Below, piece after piece: positions 14,301-25,417 of a DNA stretch of 64,000 bases. Each line of letters begins with the position of its first letter. Positions within the stretch are counted from its first letter, which is position 1. Below the pieces are notes generated by a model. It had not been told where the DNA came from, did no database searches, and worked only from the letters and a program-made list of their open reading frames with translations. The DNA is from Amoebophrya sp. A120. Lineage: Eukaryota; Protista; Dinoflagellata. Made by a program: the position numbers and the translations under genes. The stretch covers positions 7,036,743-7,100,742 of the forward strand of contig CAJINV010000002.1 of the NCBI GenBank assembly GCA_905178155.1. Direction: 5' to 3'.

Positions 14301-17300
14301 CAGGCCACCGAGAGACTGTTGGATGCATTCTTGATTCCGGCGCCCTTCAGCGGCGGGGGTGGAGCATCTTGCAGTCCTGCGCTGGACACTACCTCCTCTG
14401 CAGTGGACCCACTCCACCATGGTGGCGGGACCTCCTCCCCCGGGGGGGTAGATTCGTCTGGGGAGATGAAGGCGGATCTTGAAAACACGGAGGACGGGAT
14501 GCTCACGCAGGGCTCTGGCTCAAACGGCTACCTGCTGGATCGAAACGAGTTCTGGGGGTTTCTCACCGGGGAGCTGGGAAGACGAGAAAGTGCAGTGCTA
14601 AATAATTCATGTTCGTCTGCGGATCTTCACGTGGCAGGAGAACAAGCAGCTGCACATCATCGCGCCAGGTCTCCGACAGCTTATGCTGGTGGTCCTTACG
14701 AGCGCAGAGCGGCTTCCTGCTCAACATCTTCATCCAGCTACGTGACGAAGACGCAGAATCAACCGCTGAAGCTGGGTCCGGTGTCTCCCTTCGTCGTCGC
14801 GGTGCCGGAGTTGATCCCAGCGGAAACTGGGCTGTTGGACGTTCTGGTCGAGAACGACGTGCCTTCGAGTTTCTTTTTGAAGCCCATTGTCCGCGTTTTG
14901 ATCGACTACAAATGGAAGATTTACGCGCACGACGAGCTGATCTTCCATCTCCGCGCCTACTTCATCTACCTCGTCGCCTACACGGTCTTTTGCCTGCAAC
15001 TGCGCATGCACAGCGAGCAACCCAGCCTGGTAGACCGGTGGTTTTCCGAGGATGAGTGTTTGGAGGTGGGGTTGTGGGTGTCTTTCGCCGGCGTGTGCTT
15101 CGTGGGCGTTATGAACTACCGCGCCAAGCCGGAGTTCGGTGCTGGCGGGGAGGGGACGGGTCCAAGAATTGGGGCTCCTTCTGTTGTTTCTCGGACGACG
15201 AGCCACCTGAATCGATTGCCATCTGGTCGCGGGAAAGTAGACCCTACTACAGGAGCCACAGTGGGGCGGGTCGTGTACCACGGAAAAGAGGAAGTAGAAG
15301 ACCAGGGACGACCACACCTAGGGACGAGGAAGAACAACACGAATGAGCGACCACCTGGGCGAGCAGGTTGTAGAAGAAAGAAACAGGACAGCATACCCAC
15401 CTCGTCTTTTCAACAAGATCAAGAGCAGCACTTACATACCGAGTACGGGCTTCGGGCAGAAGCAGAACAAGCGCCGCCCCCGCGCAAACGGTTCAACCTG
15501 TCCGTATCCAGGAAGATCGACCTGATTTGGCGCAATTACACGAAACGCAGGCCGGTTTACACGCTGAAGTTCTTGAGGTCCGTCGCCAGCACGGCCAGGC
15601 TGAGCAGAACTTTGAACAGAAGAACGAACTACGGCCTCCTCCGCGTCCGCAGGTCCCTGACCGGGCACCATCTGCGGTCGCGGCTGCTCCCCGAGGCGCT
15701 GCAGAAGTACGCCAACCGATACTTCCTGGTTGCCCTGGCGGTCTTTATCCTGATTGTGCAGTGCATCACGGCGCCTGCGGTGAACGCGATCGCGTGCCTG
15801 GTCATGTTTCTGTACACCATGCGGGCCGTCCTGAACGAGATCATCGAAGCGAAGTCGAAAACCATGGAAAACTACTTGTTTTCCGTGTGGAACGTGTTTG
15901 ATTTGACCCTGTGTTTTCTGTCGATCGGCCTGCTGATTCTATGCAATGCAAAAGCATCGTACTAGTATAAATTACATTTACATTACAATTACAAATTCCC
16001 CCAGCATTACAAATTGAATTTGTAATGCTGATTTACCTTGAGCAAGAGATTTGTAATGCATAAATGCAGTTACTACGAGTACGATACTTTTGCACAGGAT
16101 AGATTCTATACGTCGTCGACAACCTCTCCAGCATCGCCGATCCGCAGTTCATCAAAGCGGACTCAGATGACAGATCTACGAATACCTATTCCCAATCCAC
16201 TTCAACCACTGCAACTACGAACTATGCGGGCAATAGCAACCTCCACAGCGGTGTTGACGCCAACGGACCTAGTCCACCAGACCCGGACGGCCCCAGCAGC
16301 CAACGAACGCGCACCACCACGTGGGCGAGCCTGGCGATTTTGCTGGTGTGGCACAAGTGCCTTTACTTTTTCCTGCCGTTCCGCAAAGTCGGGAGCTTTA
16401 TCCGCATGATCATCGAAATTTTCTCCGACATCCGCTATTTCCTGTTGGTGTGTTTCGTCACGCTCGGCGGGTTCGGGTCGGCCTTCTTCGTTCTGTACAA
16501 GGAAGATTGGACCAGCCGGGACACCAACACCTTTTTCAAAAACCGAAACGCAGAGCTGTTGGCGGAAAATGACTACGCAGGGGAAAAGTATCGCAATCGT
16601 GCAAATTGATGTAGTAGTAGATTTTTCTTCATACAAGAGAAAAGTGTGAGTTTGTGAGGAAAGAAAGAAGTGCGCTGTTCTGGAAGGAAAGGTGATCTGT
16701 CATATTGTGTTGCAAATGCAATCTGGACGTCGATTAGGTGATACTTTTCCACGTGATAACGACAGCAACAGTCGTCGTAATGTGATCTACAAAAAGGGGT
16801 CCTACATGCTTGACAAGGACTATGTGAGGCTGACGCAAGACGACATGGAGAACGAGGTGCCGCATTTTCCATCGGTTTTCCAAACCCTGCTCTCGTATAC
16901 ACTGGAGATATGTCTGGGTCTGGAGCAGGAGCATTGCAGGGCTCTGTAATCAATGCACCTTTCCCATGAACCAAAAATGCAAGCCAGACCATCATAGGTT
17001 TCGCAAAGGCTTCCCAAACCCAATGACAATGTCTCTCCGAGGACATTAGAAGTAGTCTAGTTCTCGGGTGAAAAACAGTGGGTAAGAACATCTTGTGCTG
17101 CTGATGCAAGATAATTCTTCATACATATCACGCAGAACCTGGTGCCGCGTCAGTGTCACATACAAGACAAGTGTGCATCTTTCCAGACCAGACATAATTT
17201 GCAATGCATATCTCGATGTACGTGCTAATGCTCGGGGATTGGGAACTGCAGAAATTCACGCACGCGGAGCACTACGTTCTGGCGCCGTTTTTGTTCGTGG

Positions 17301-17756
17301 TGTTTACGTTCATGATGATGGTGGTGCTTTTCAACATGCTGATCGCCCTGATGTCCGAAACCTACGAGCGGGTTATCCCAAGGAAAATTTTTTTGATGCT
17401 CTTGCCGTACACAACGTACAAATAATGACGCTCTTGTACTACCAGGTTGTGATGCTCATTGCTGATTTATTACCAGCGACGTGGTGCTGACTCAGCCAAA
17501 ATTTCGTCTGGTTTCCATGCCCATGCGGCATTGTTTTTGTACGTGCGGTCGTTTGGTTTTGTGTTTCATACGAGTGCGTGAGAACGAAGAGGCGGAGTTT
17601 TTGAAAACCCGGGCGGAGTGCATCGTCGACATGGAAAAGCTGCGCTGGCGGACCGTTCTGTATCCGGATTGGGTGCACGCATTATTGCCCGCGGGCGGAA
17701 ATAACGGAACGGCAACGAGCAACAACAGCAACGCCGGAGCGACTTGGTCGTCGTGA
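5324..17756 (+). CDS. Giant (~3760 aa) WD40-repeat protein with C-terminal TRP-like 6-TM cation channel domain
   Basis: ORFs 5072, 10113, 16340, 16692, 17204 and 17481 join in frame after removing six TIR insertions (12433-1147 = 11286 nt). WD40-like blades (AKFSNDDRFLALL..ILYD; FSKDGTHIAFGYDDEVKIYS; SPFNSRWLATSVGRYTRFWD). Channel motifs VLIDYKW, SVWNVFDL, VGSFIRMIIEIFSDIRYF, pore QTLLSMYVLMLGDW and S6 LFNMLIALMSETYERV. Confidence 0.85.
9042..9150. mobile_element. Introner, TIR family D (short, frame-preserving)
   Basis: TATCCAGGAAAAAACACCCATCCACATCCA...TGGATGGGGATGGGTGTTTTTTCCTGGATT; DR GAATT; 109+5 = 114 nt with no in-frame stop. Confidence 0.85.
10019..10167. mobile_element. Introner, family B
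   Basis: TATCCTGTGCAAAAGTATCGTACTCGTA...TACGAGTACGATACTTTTGCACAGGATA (perfect 28-bp TIR); DR ACTCG; removal fuses the 1698-aa and 1950-aa ORFs (..MNYNSTDPTK..). Confidence 0.93.
15940..16101. mobile_element. Introner, family B
   Basis: TATGCAATGCAAAAGCATCGTAC...GTACGATACTTTTGCACAGGATA; DR GATTC; removal completes a TM helix (..IGLLILYVVD..). Confidence 0.9.
16574..16758. mobile_element. Degenerate introner, family B-like
   Basis: TACGCAGGGGAAAAGTATC...GATACTTTTCCACGTGATA; DR ATGAC/ACGAC; removal gives ..AENDSNSRR.. Confidence 0.75.
16896..17210. mobile_element. Introner, family A-like (diverged)
   Basis: TATACACTGGAGATATGTCTGGGTCTGGA...TCCAGACCAGACATAATTTGCAATGCATA; DR TCTCG; removal rebuilds the pore helix QTLLS|MYVLMLGDW. 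Confidence 0.88.
17374..17570. mobile_element. Highly degenerate introner (TAT...ATA ends kept)
   Basis: Starts TATCCC, ends TTTCATA; DR CGGGT/CGAGT; only a weak inner IR; removal gives SETYERV|RENEEAEF. Confidence 0.7.
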
Positions 17757-19157
17757 TGTAGTAAAGAAAAACCAGGGTAGTTTGTTTGTAGTGCTGATTT
17801 CTCCCACATTTCTCGCGCTGGGCCGCAGTTCTCTGCACTGATTGTAGAACACACAGAGGTGAACAAGCGGCAATACAGTTGCAGTTCTACTCGCTTAGCA
17901 CTTTGTTCATTTTACAGAAGCAGAGTAGTACTAGCACTACCAGTGCTAGCAGGGTGTCCTCTGCAGATTCACGTTGTTGCCCATCATCTGCTTATCTGCC
18001 TCTCAACAAGATCTTCGTACCTAACACACAAGATAAAGAAGTTTCATGTTCAGGTCCAATGGCGACGCCCTCGTCATTGTGGATGGTTGACAACTACATG
18101 AGATCATTCATTGAGAACAACTTCCTGTCGCCGCACCCTGGTGCAAAGTCACGCACTTCTCATTTTACATTTTTCTGGAATGGATTAGCTGTAAGTACGG
18201 GCTGCTGCGGGCGCAGTGCCTGCTGGTAGCTGTTCGATGTCTGTCTAATATACCACCGCGGATACATCATGCTGTCGGTTGATCTTCATCGGTTCAGGAT
18301 CCAGTCGTTCTGTTTGCCTTTTCGCTCAGTGCTCGTCGTCGTTTGTGGTCAGAAGCATCATGCGTATTCCGAAAGCGTGGACGCACCGCCTTCGTCCAAA
18401 CGCAAGTAATCTAGTTTTGACATTTTTTATTGTGCCAACTTAGCAGTAGTTGTCCGTGCAGCCTAATTTGTGATCAGTACAGCAGACGCCTGTTATCGAA
18501 GTGAGATTTTTCAAAGCGTTCATGAAGAAGGTGTTGAAGTTGTAGGTTATTTGTTAATATTTAGCCGCTTCTCAATGCAATAGTCATGGTGTTAAATGAA
18601 GGTGCAGCAGATCATGAAAAAGGGAAAAGTAGATCGCAGTCGCAAGTAATTGTATTTACGACGAGCCTTGTGTAAAATTTGATTTCCGTGATAGGTGGCG
18701 GGAAATGGGTACCTATTGATGTTGAAATTCACTCGGTCCCAAGCAGATCGCTGGGTATCAATCTTGTCTTTGGATCGGGCCAGAAGAGCAGTCGTTTCGT
18801 TTATTTCGGCATATCTCACTTCATGTTACTGCTTAGTCGAGCGGATTCGCTCTTGGTCGAGGTGATTATTTTTCATTGTTATCCTCGTCGTCGAGCAGTC
18901 ACAAGAAAAAACCGTCGCTAGCCGCCACTGAAATGATCTACTCGTATGGGGGCACGAATCTATCAATCTAGTAGAAGGAGTGAGGCCATGTCGTGGCGGT
19001 CGTTCATTCTATCTTGTGAAATAAGGCAAGAGATACCTACTAGTGTAGCCAAGCAGAAATCTCCAAAGAAAACAATCTTCCGGTGGTCTTTGAGCTTGCG
19101 GTCTCCGTCTGTGTCGTGTTCCACCTCTCGTGGTCGTTCCGCATACGTGGTATTAAC

Positions 19158-19749
19158 ATGAGAACAAGTAGTTCGTCATCTGCAGTGGGGCATCGACCGC
19201 CTCAGGAGCAGCTCAGCCTGCGCGGCATGGCCGAGGAGGAATCAGTAGCGACGCACTCGTTTTTGACGCTTTCTGACAGCACGAGGTTGATCTCGCCGTT
19301 GGAGCCATCACGACAGTCATTTGTTCACCGCAGCAAACATCAAGCAAGAGGACGCGACGACGCACGTTGAATCTTCGTGTGGACGCCTACAATTTCTACA
19401 ACGTGGAGCGCTGCAGCAACACCGGCACTACGCCTTGCCGGTCTTCCAGCTGCTCGGGCTCATTGCCTTGATGGTGTGCCTTCTGTACCTGCTCTACTTT
19501 CTGCAGTGGTCACTGCTCGGAGCGGGGGGATCCACCTCGCCCTCTGCTTCATTAACCGTGGGTGCTGGTCCTGGTGTACCGGCAGCTTCGACGCAGTCGG
19601 GAGTGGGTGGACCAACATCTACATCTTCTTCGTCATCAGCATCTTCTGGGAGGGACAATCAACAGGAAGCAGGAGCTGCTGCAACTAGTAGCAGGGCAGC
19701 TTCTTCTAGTACCACGCGAAACGATGAGCAGGCACAGTTTCTCGAGTAG
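19158..19749 (+). CDS. Possible small single-TM protein (exon structure unresolved)
   Basis: ORF 19321-19749 has a hydrophobic segment (LPVFQLLGLIALMVCLLYLLYFLQW) and Ser/Ala-rich tail. Its join to the upstream ATG ORF could not be resolved. Confidence 0.3.
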
Positions 19750-20949
19750 GAAAATTCCTCTTGTGCTGTTGTTGCCGCCTGATTTCAGAGCACGTGCTGT
19801 ACCCGCGTGATGCAAGTAAGTACTTCTAACGTACTTAGACTTACTCATTTCCTCGAACAAGAAGTACAAGAACCTGTAATGCGAGTGCGGGTGATGTCGG
19901 ATAATGTCAAAAGTCCGGTGGGTCCTTGCCGTACTGATACTAAGTGTATGATTTGTGCGAAACAAGCAATAATTGAAGTAAACGAGCACTTCCGACACAG
20001 AAGGGGAGGGACTTTGATTGCCAGTGCTGTATCTGAGCCTGATCCTGAAGGTGAACTCTTTTTTGCTGTGTGTCGTCTCTTCCTAATATGCTCATCTCTG
20101 TTCGAATTATGTTCTGCTGGGTTTTCATTAATTTCCGTTTTAGCCGTATCCCGTTTTGTATGTAGAGATGGCCGACATGGTAAGCGGTGTGCGAATGCGG
20201 AGGTCAAGATCATGTAGTGTGTTTGAAAGTAACATAAACTTAAACAAGTAGAAGATCATCATGATCATCCGAGTCCACGGCGTTCTTGCTGACACCTTTA
20301 ACCTGGTCGAACGACGATCGTGTTTTTTTTTTTCGGCAAGAACGACGAAAAATGCAAGCAAAACCAATCAAGAGCACTAGAGATCTCGATGATCGGTTGT
20401 ACTGAGGGCATTTTTGACAAACCGTAAATAAAATAATCATGATTTTTATATTCCTAAAAAACAAAAAGCGAGCGATTTGCTTTTTTTTTTCGCTTGATCC
20501 GCTAGCACTCTACGTAGTTTATATAAGTTTGACCCAAGGCCATGGCGCATAGTATCTCCGCTTCCTACGTTTCGTAGCGCTCAACCTGCAGTTCCAGTTG
20601 CAATCAAAGTTTTATTTCAGCGGTTCTGCATCTGCTATAGCATGGCACAGATTATGCACCGGCACCGGCGCCGGCCGTCGAAACCGAAAGGAGGTTGCGC
20701 TAGCTGTAGATGAAGCTCCATCTTACCGTTCCAGTAGCTCAGGTCTGTTTTTTTTCACTACCTTTGGCGCTTTATTTTTTTTCAGTAGCTTTATTCTCAG
20801 TGCTGGTTTACGTTTAAGCGACTTCTACGTGATATTGATATCTGCAGAAGCAACTCTACCACTCTCTGCCCAACTTGTTCAGCGCTGGTTGGTAGTAGTA
20901 GCACATAGAGCAGAAAAAATCTTCCGTGCCGATCGTTTCTTCAAAGATT

Positions 20950-23900
20950 ATGGTTATGTCTCTTCATGTACAAAACACCGCATCCGCAACCGTTTCGCCC
21001 GGTGCGACGACCATGAGGAGCTCCGTCCTTGTGACGGACCACGCGCAAAAAAAGTCGCCGAGCCAATTTTCAGACGAGAAAAATGACGATACTTTTTTTC
21101 TGGAAGAAGACCTCCATTGTGAAGAAGGCCGTGGGAGCAGTAGTTATAATTTCATCAACGATCACGATTCACTTCGAGAACAAGTAGAGGAATACGATTA
21201 TCCTTATCCTCAGATGAAATCCACATCGCCAGTGCCGGTCGAGACGTCAAGATCATCTCCCACGGCGTCGACGGGGGACGAGGGGGGCCACAAGATGAAC
21301 TCCGGTAACATATCATCAACAGCGTCAGATAAAGCTAAATCAACCTTCTCCGTCGCCACGATCGTTGCTATCTGGTACTGCTGTGGCATTTCCGCGGTGC
21401 TCCTTTCGAAGGAGATTCTCGACATCCAAAAGTCCGGCGTCGTAGTGTTTTGCCTCTGCAGCCACCTCGCGGAAACCTGCTGTTTACTCCTGTTTGTCGC
21501 CTTGACGGATGTCGTGCCGCGGATATGTGCAAACTGGACGGCTTTTGGACCGGAGTGGAGGATGTTTATTTTGGGGGGCAGTGACTCGACTACGACCGAC
21601 GGGGTCGCCCACGTGCCTACTTCTAGCGTGGTCAAGACCGACGAACAGAGACAGGGACACCCACACCTCCTAGATTCGGACAGGACAACAATAAATAACC
21701 AAGCTGGAGCTTCATCAGTCCCTAAAACAGTTCGACGCCCACGAAGTACAAGTAGCTCATCTCAGGACCACCGCGCGGATGGTACAACAACTCCAGATAA
21801 TGTTAATGATCATGTCCTCGTACGTACACTAAATACAAATGAACTTGAGCGAGACCGCGTCGAAGAGGTCGTGGCCGCAGAAGATGTTGAACAAGACACG
21901 ACGTCAGCCGCGCGAGGAGATACAACTACAGCTAGCACTGGTACTACTCCTGGTCGTAAAAATGGCACTTCATCTTCAACAAGAACAAGCCCCTCGTATT
22001 CCAAGTACCATTATTTCTTCCTGGCCTCGGGTTTTTGCAACGCCGTCGCTACGGTGTCCAACATTAAGGGACTCCGCCACCTGATCGGCTGCCAGTACCA
22101 GATGTTCCGGGGCGCCCGCGTCTTTTTCATCGGTCTGATCACGATTCTCGTTTTGAAGCGACGGCTGAAAAAGCGGCAGCTTCTCGGGATGTTATTCACG
22201 CTAGTCGGAATAGTGGTGGTCAGTCTGACGGCAATGCAGGCAAGTAACGAAAACGATGGCGGAACCCCAGCCCCTGGAGGTGGTTCTTCGGAGAAACGCG
22301 CGGTCGCGCATTCACGCCTCCAAGAAGACAACTTCAACAATAATTATGCTCAGCGCCATGAAATATTAGCCGGAGGTCAACAACACTATGCCACTGCGTC
22401 TGCTTCAGTAGAGCTAGAGGCTCGCCCTGGTAACCAGAATCAGAAAAACAAGTTTTTGCCAAAGCAGGTGGTGCGAAAAGCTGTGGAGGACGGACAGCAG
22501 GCGACCACCATTGATGGTTCTGGTCACGGTCGTTCAGCGGATAGTACGAATGAGCCGCAGGTGATATCAGACGTGCTTTCGGTGCAGCAACAGCAACAGG
22601 TGGACGACGAGGAGCACGAGCATTTACAGCATGATGTAGTCGCACAGAAGTCCTCTCCATCTTCTGCTACGAACTCAATAGCGAGTGATGCGCCTTCAAC
22701 TACGAAAGGTGGTGAAGCAGTTAAAGTACCACGACACGACGACCTGGGCTATTCGCGCCTCCGCGACGAGGAAGTTCCAAAACTCCACAGCAAGTCTGTT
22801 TCTGATGAGCGCGCTAGTGTCAATGAGTATCGTCGCTCAGGAGTAGTAGAAACCATTTTCGCACGACGAGCAGCCCCCCCTATAATAGAAGAAGTATCAA
22901 CAGCATCACCACCCACTTCTCCTGGCCCTGTTCCAGTTCCTTCCCCCTCCAGCTCAACGTCAACGCTTCACGGCGTTCTGTGGTGCACACTGGGTGCGTT
23001 CATGGGTTCCTGCCAGATATGCCTCCAGGAATACATCTACAAACACGCACCGCAGACGCCCCCGCTGTTTTCCATCGGGATTGAAGGGGTGGTCGGGGTA
23101 CTCCTCGTCCTCACCGTCATCGGTCCCGTGTTTCTGTTTCTCATACCGCCGGAAAAAATAAGAAGCACGACCTCTGCTCTTTCCCAGTACGAAATCGAGC
23201 AGAACGTGCTACGGGACTTGTTTGTGGAGGAAAACCAAACAAAGATCCGGCTCCTGTTCCTGTTCTACATGCTGTGCAACGCGGGCGCTGCCTGCTTGGG
23301 ATCGCTCGTGGGAAAGTTGCTCTCGTCGAATGGACGGGCGATCTTGGAGTCCAGTCGTACCATTGCCACCTGGATGGTAGAGGTCGGGATGCTGATTGTT
23401 GCTGTGCTGATTGCAGCCGGGAATTCTAGTGACACGACAGGAGTAGATCATGGTACGACAGCGACATCACCGAGTACAGCTTCTCACCCAGCAACTACTT
23501 TTACTTCATCTGACGCTCGTTCGGATCCTCCTCCTGCTGTAAGAACCTCTGACTCGTCTCCGTCCACTGCAACAGAGCTTCTGCACGAGAAACTCGACGT
23601 AACCAAGTTTCTCTGGTGGACGGAAAAGTTTGGGTTTCTGTTTCTCTTGCTCGGCACAGCGCTGTACTTTCAATTGATCAAATTAGAAGGAATTTTTGAA
23701 AACAGCAACAGGTGTTGCAACTCTAGGCAACATGAAGAAGCAGATAACGACCGCAGGAATATCAACGAGGACAGAAGACGAGAGCAAGAACAGCATGAAG
23801 AAGCTGCAGACCGCAGAGCGTTTGACGACAACTTGGATGAAGATGACTGTTTGATGTTCACAGCCGCGGAAGATGATATTACCACGCAGCGCAGCCGGAA

Positions 23901-24030
23901 CAAGCGAGAGCTCACTCCCGAGATGATTTCCAACAACAGCGTACCCACCCTGTCAAAGGAGCTGCGGGCCTACAGTACCGAAAGTGAGATGGTACCTGTG
24001 TTCCCCCGGCCACGGGCGTCCAGTAAGTAA
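20950..24030 (+). CDS. SLC35/DMT-family (SLC35F6-like) transporter with long low-complexity loop insertions
   Basis: Intronless 1034-aa ORF; YQMFRGARVFFIGLITILVLKRRLKKRQLLGMLFTLVGIVVV, QICLQEYIY, IGIEGVVG, SSNGRAILESSRTIATW, GFLFLLLGTALY. Start codon uncertain. Confidence 0.8.
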   Translation: MVMSLHVQNTASATVSPGATTMRSSVLVTDHAQKKSPSQFSDEKNDDTFFLEEDLHCEEGRGSSSYNFINDHDSLREQVEEYDYPYPQMKSTSPVPVETSRSSPTASTGDEGGHKMNSGNISSTASDKAKSTFSVATIVAIWYCCGISAVLLSKEILDIQKSGVVVFCLCSHLAETCCLLLFVALTDVVPRICANWTAFGPEWRMFILGGSDSTTTDGVAHVPTSSVVKTDEQRQGHPHLLDSDRTTINNQAGASSVPKTVRRPRSTSSSSQDHRADGTTTPDNVNDHVLVRTLNTNELERDRVEEVVAAEDVEQDTTSAARGDTTTASTGTTPGRKNGTSSSTRTSPSYSKYHYFFLASGFCNAVATVSNIKGLRHLIGCQYQMFRGARVFFIGLITILVLKRRLKKRQLLGMLFTLVGIVVVSLTAMQASNENDGGTPAPGGGSSEKRAVAHSRLQEDNFNNNYAQRHEILAGGQQHYATASASVELEARPGNQNQKNKFLPKQVVRKAVEDGQQATTIDGSGHGRSADSTNEPQVISDVLSVQQQQQVDDEEHEHLQHDVVAQKSSPSSATNSIASDAPSTTKGGEAVKVPRHDDLGYSRLRDEEVPKLHSKSVSDERASVNEYRRSGVVETIFARRAAPPIIEEVSTASPPTSPGPVPVPSPSSSTSTLHGVLWCTLGAFMGSCQICLQEYIYKHAPQTPPLFSIGIEGVVGVLLVLTVIGPVFLFLIPPEKIRSTTSALSQYEIEQNVLRDLFVEENQTKIRLLFLFYMLCNAGAACLGSLVGKLLSSNGRAILESSRTIATWMVEVGMLIVAVLIAAGNSSDTTGVDHGTTATSPSTASHPATTFTSSDARSDPPPAVRTSDSSPSTATELLHEKLDVTKFLWWTEKFGFLFLLLGTALYFQLIKLEGIFENSNRCCNSRQHEEADNDRRNINEDRRREQEQHEEAADRRAFDDNLDEDDCLMFTAAEDDITTQRSRNKRELTPEMISNNSVPTLSKELRAYSTESEMVPVFPRPRASSK

Positions 24031-25417
24031 CGTCGAGCAGGGGGGTTCGCTTGTAATCGAAGTTTTGGCTCAGCTTCTGTTCTATATTCATTGCGTATAT
24101 CGTCTATCACAAGTTATACTTCGTGAACAGGTGCACTCCTGAAAATATTAGATGCTAAGAAAATAAATACAGTTTGTTATCTCCAACTCCGTTTTTCAGC
24201 CGCCACAACCGCATAAGTATCCATGGGCAGAGGGAGAGCTCGAAGAACTTAAAAACACATCAGCGACATCACGCTGATCACGGTCTACTTAACATATTGA
24301 GCACACAACTCTCGAATGAAAGAGAGGATATATGATTTCATCGTACTTGATGACGAGAAGTTCTGCAGCTCCTAGTAAATCTAACAGGAACGAACTGGGA
24401 TTCATCAAGAAACAGAAAGAAACCACGTCATGTTGACCACATGTACAAAGTCTTCACAGGCCAGATCCACAATGCTGCAAATGAAAGTGAAACTCGTATC
24501 TCGGTTGTTGCATTTATTTTTGGCTTTGGAAAGCAGGATGTTGTATGTTGAGTTGTATTCGCAAAATTAGAAGGTCACAGTCAGTCAAACTCATACCAAC
24601 ACGCGAAAGAGCTGCACAAGAACCCGATGAAGAGTACACAAATCTTCACAGTCGTCGGGTCAGTATCAGTAATAAAATTTAAAATGCTGGTGTCTCATAT
24701 ACAGTGGGACGATTAGAAGTAGATAAGATCTTGCACTTCGGTTGAACAAAACGCGTCGAAGAAGTTCCACTTCTTTCGCACTCGGTCTGTAGAATTATAG
24801 AAGATACCTGGAGATCCCGGTTGAGCGCGATCGATCTCCTGCAAAAGAACCTCGGTTGGTGTACAACAGCACAGGTCTCATATTCGACGCGCGTGCTGCA
24901 CATGCAATTTTTATCGAGTGCACCAGTAGACTCCACGAAGTCCGTCGAAGCCATGGAGCAGCAGCCATACGCAAAACGAGAAGAAAAACAAAGCACCTGC
25001 AATGACCAGAGGTGTGAAGATTCTGATTTTTCGAAAGCCTTTTCTATAATCTTGGAGAGCGGCACGCAAGATGAGAGCTGGAGGTTCCGGCGGGACCTGC
25101 TACTAGAGCGGACGCGAGAGGAGTAGCAACGCCTCAACGTTCTATCATGCCAATTTCTTTTACTATTACTTAATAAACAACAGCTGGCGTTTCCTAGTTG
25201 GCGTTTTGGCCTATTAGTATTAACTCACACTACAAATACAACACTTGAAAGATTGACAACATTGGCATTGCGCCACAACTATCATTTTTACACGCACCAA
25301 CCATTGCACATACGACATCAAAAATCCTCTTACATCGGCCTCCGTGTCCAACATTCATGAACTCCAAACGATCTTCATGTAGATGTTTCTCTCTCGTCTG
25401 CTGTCGTCAAAATAATT

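Noticed and set aside
5761-15317. Minus-strand ORFs antisense to the large genes
   Set aside because: Shadow ORFs of long coding sequence with no independent domain evidence.
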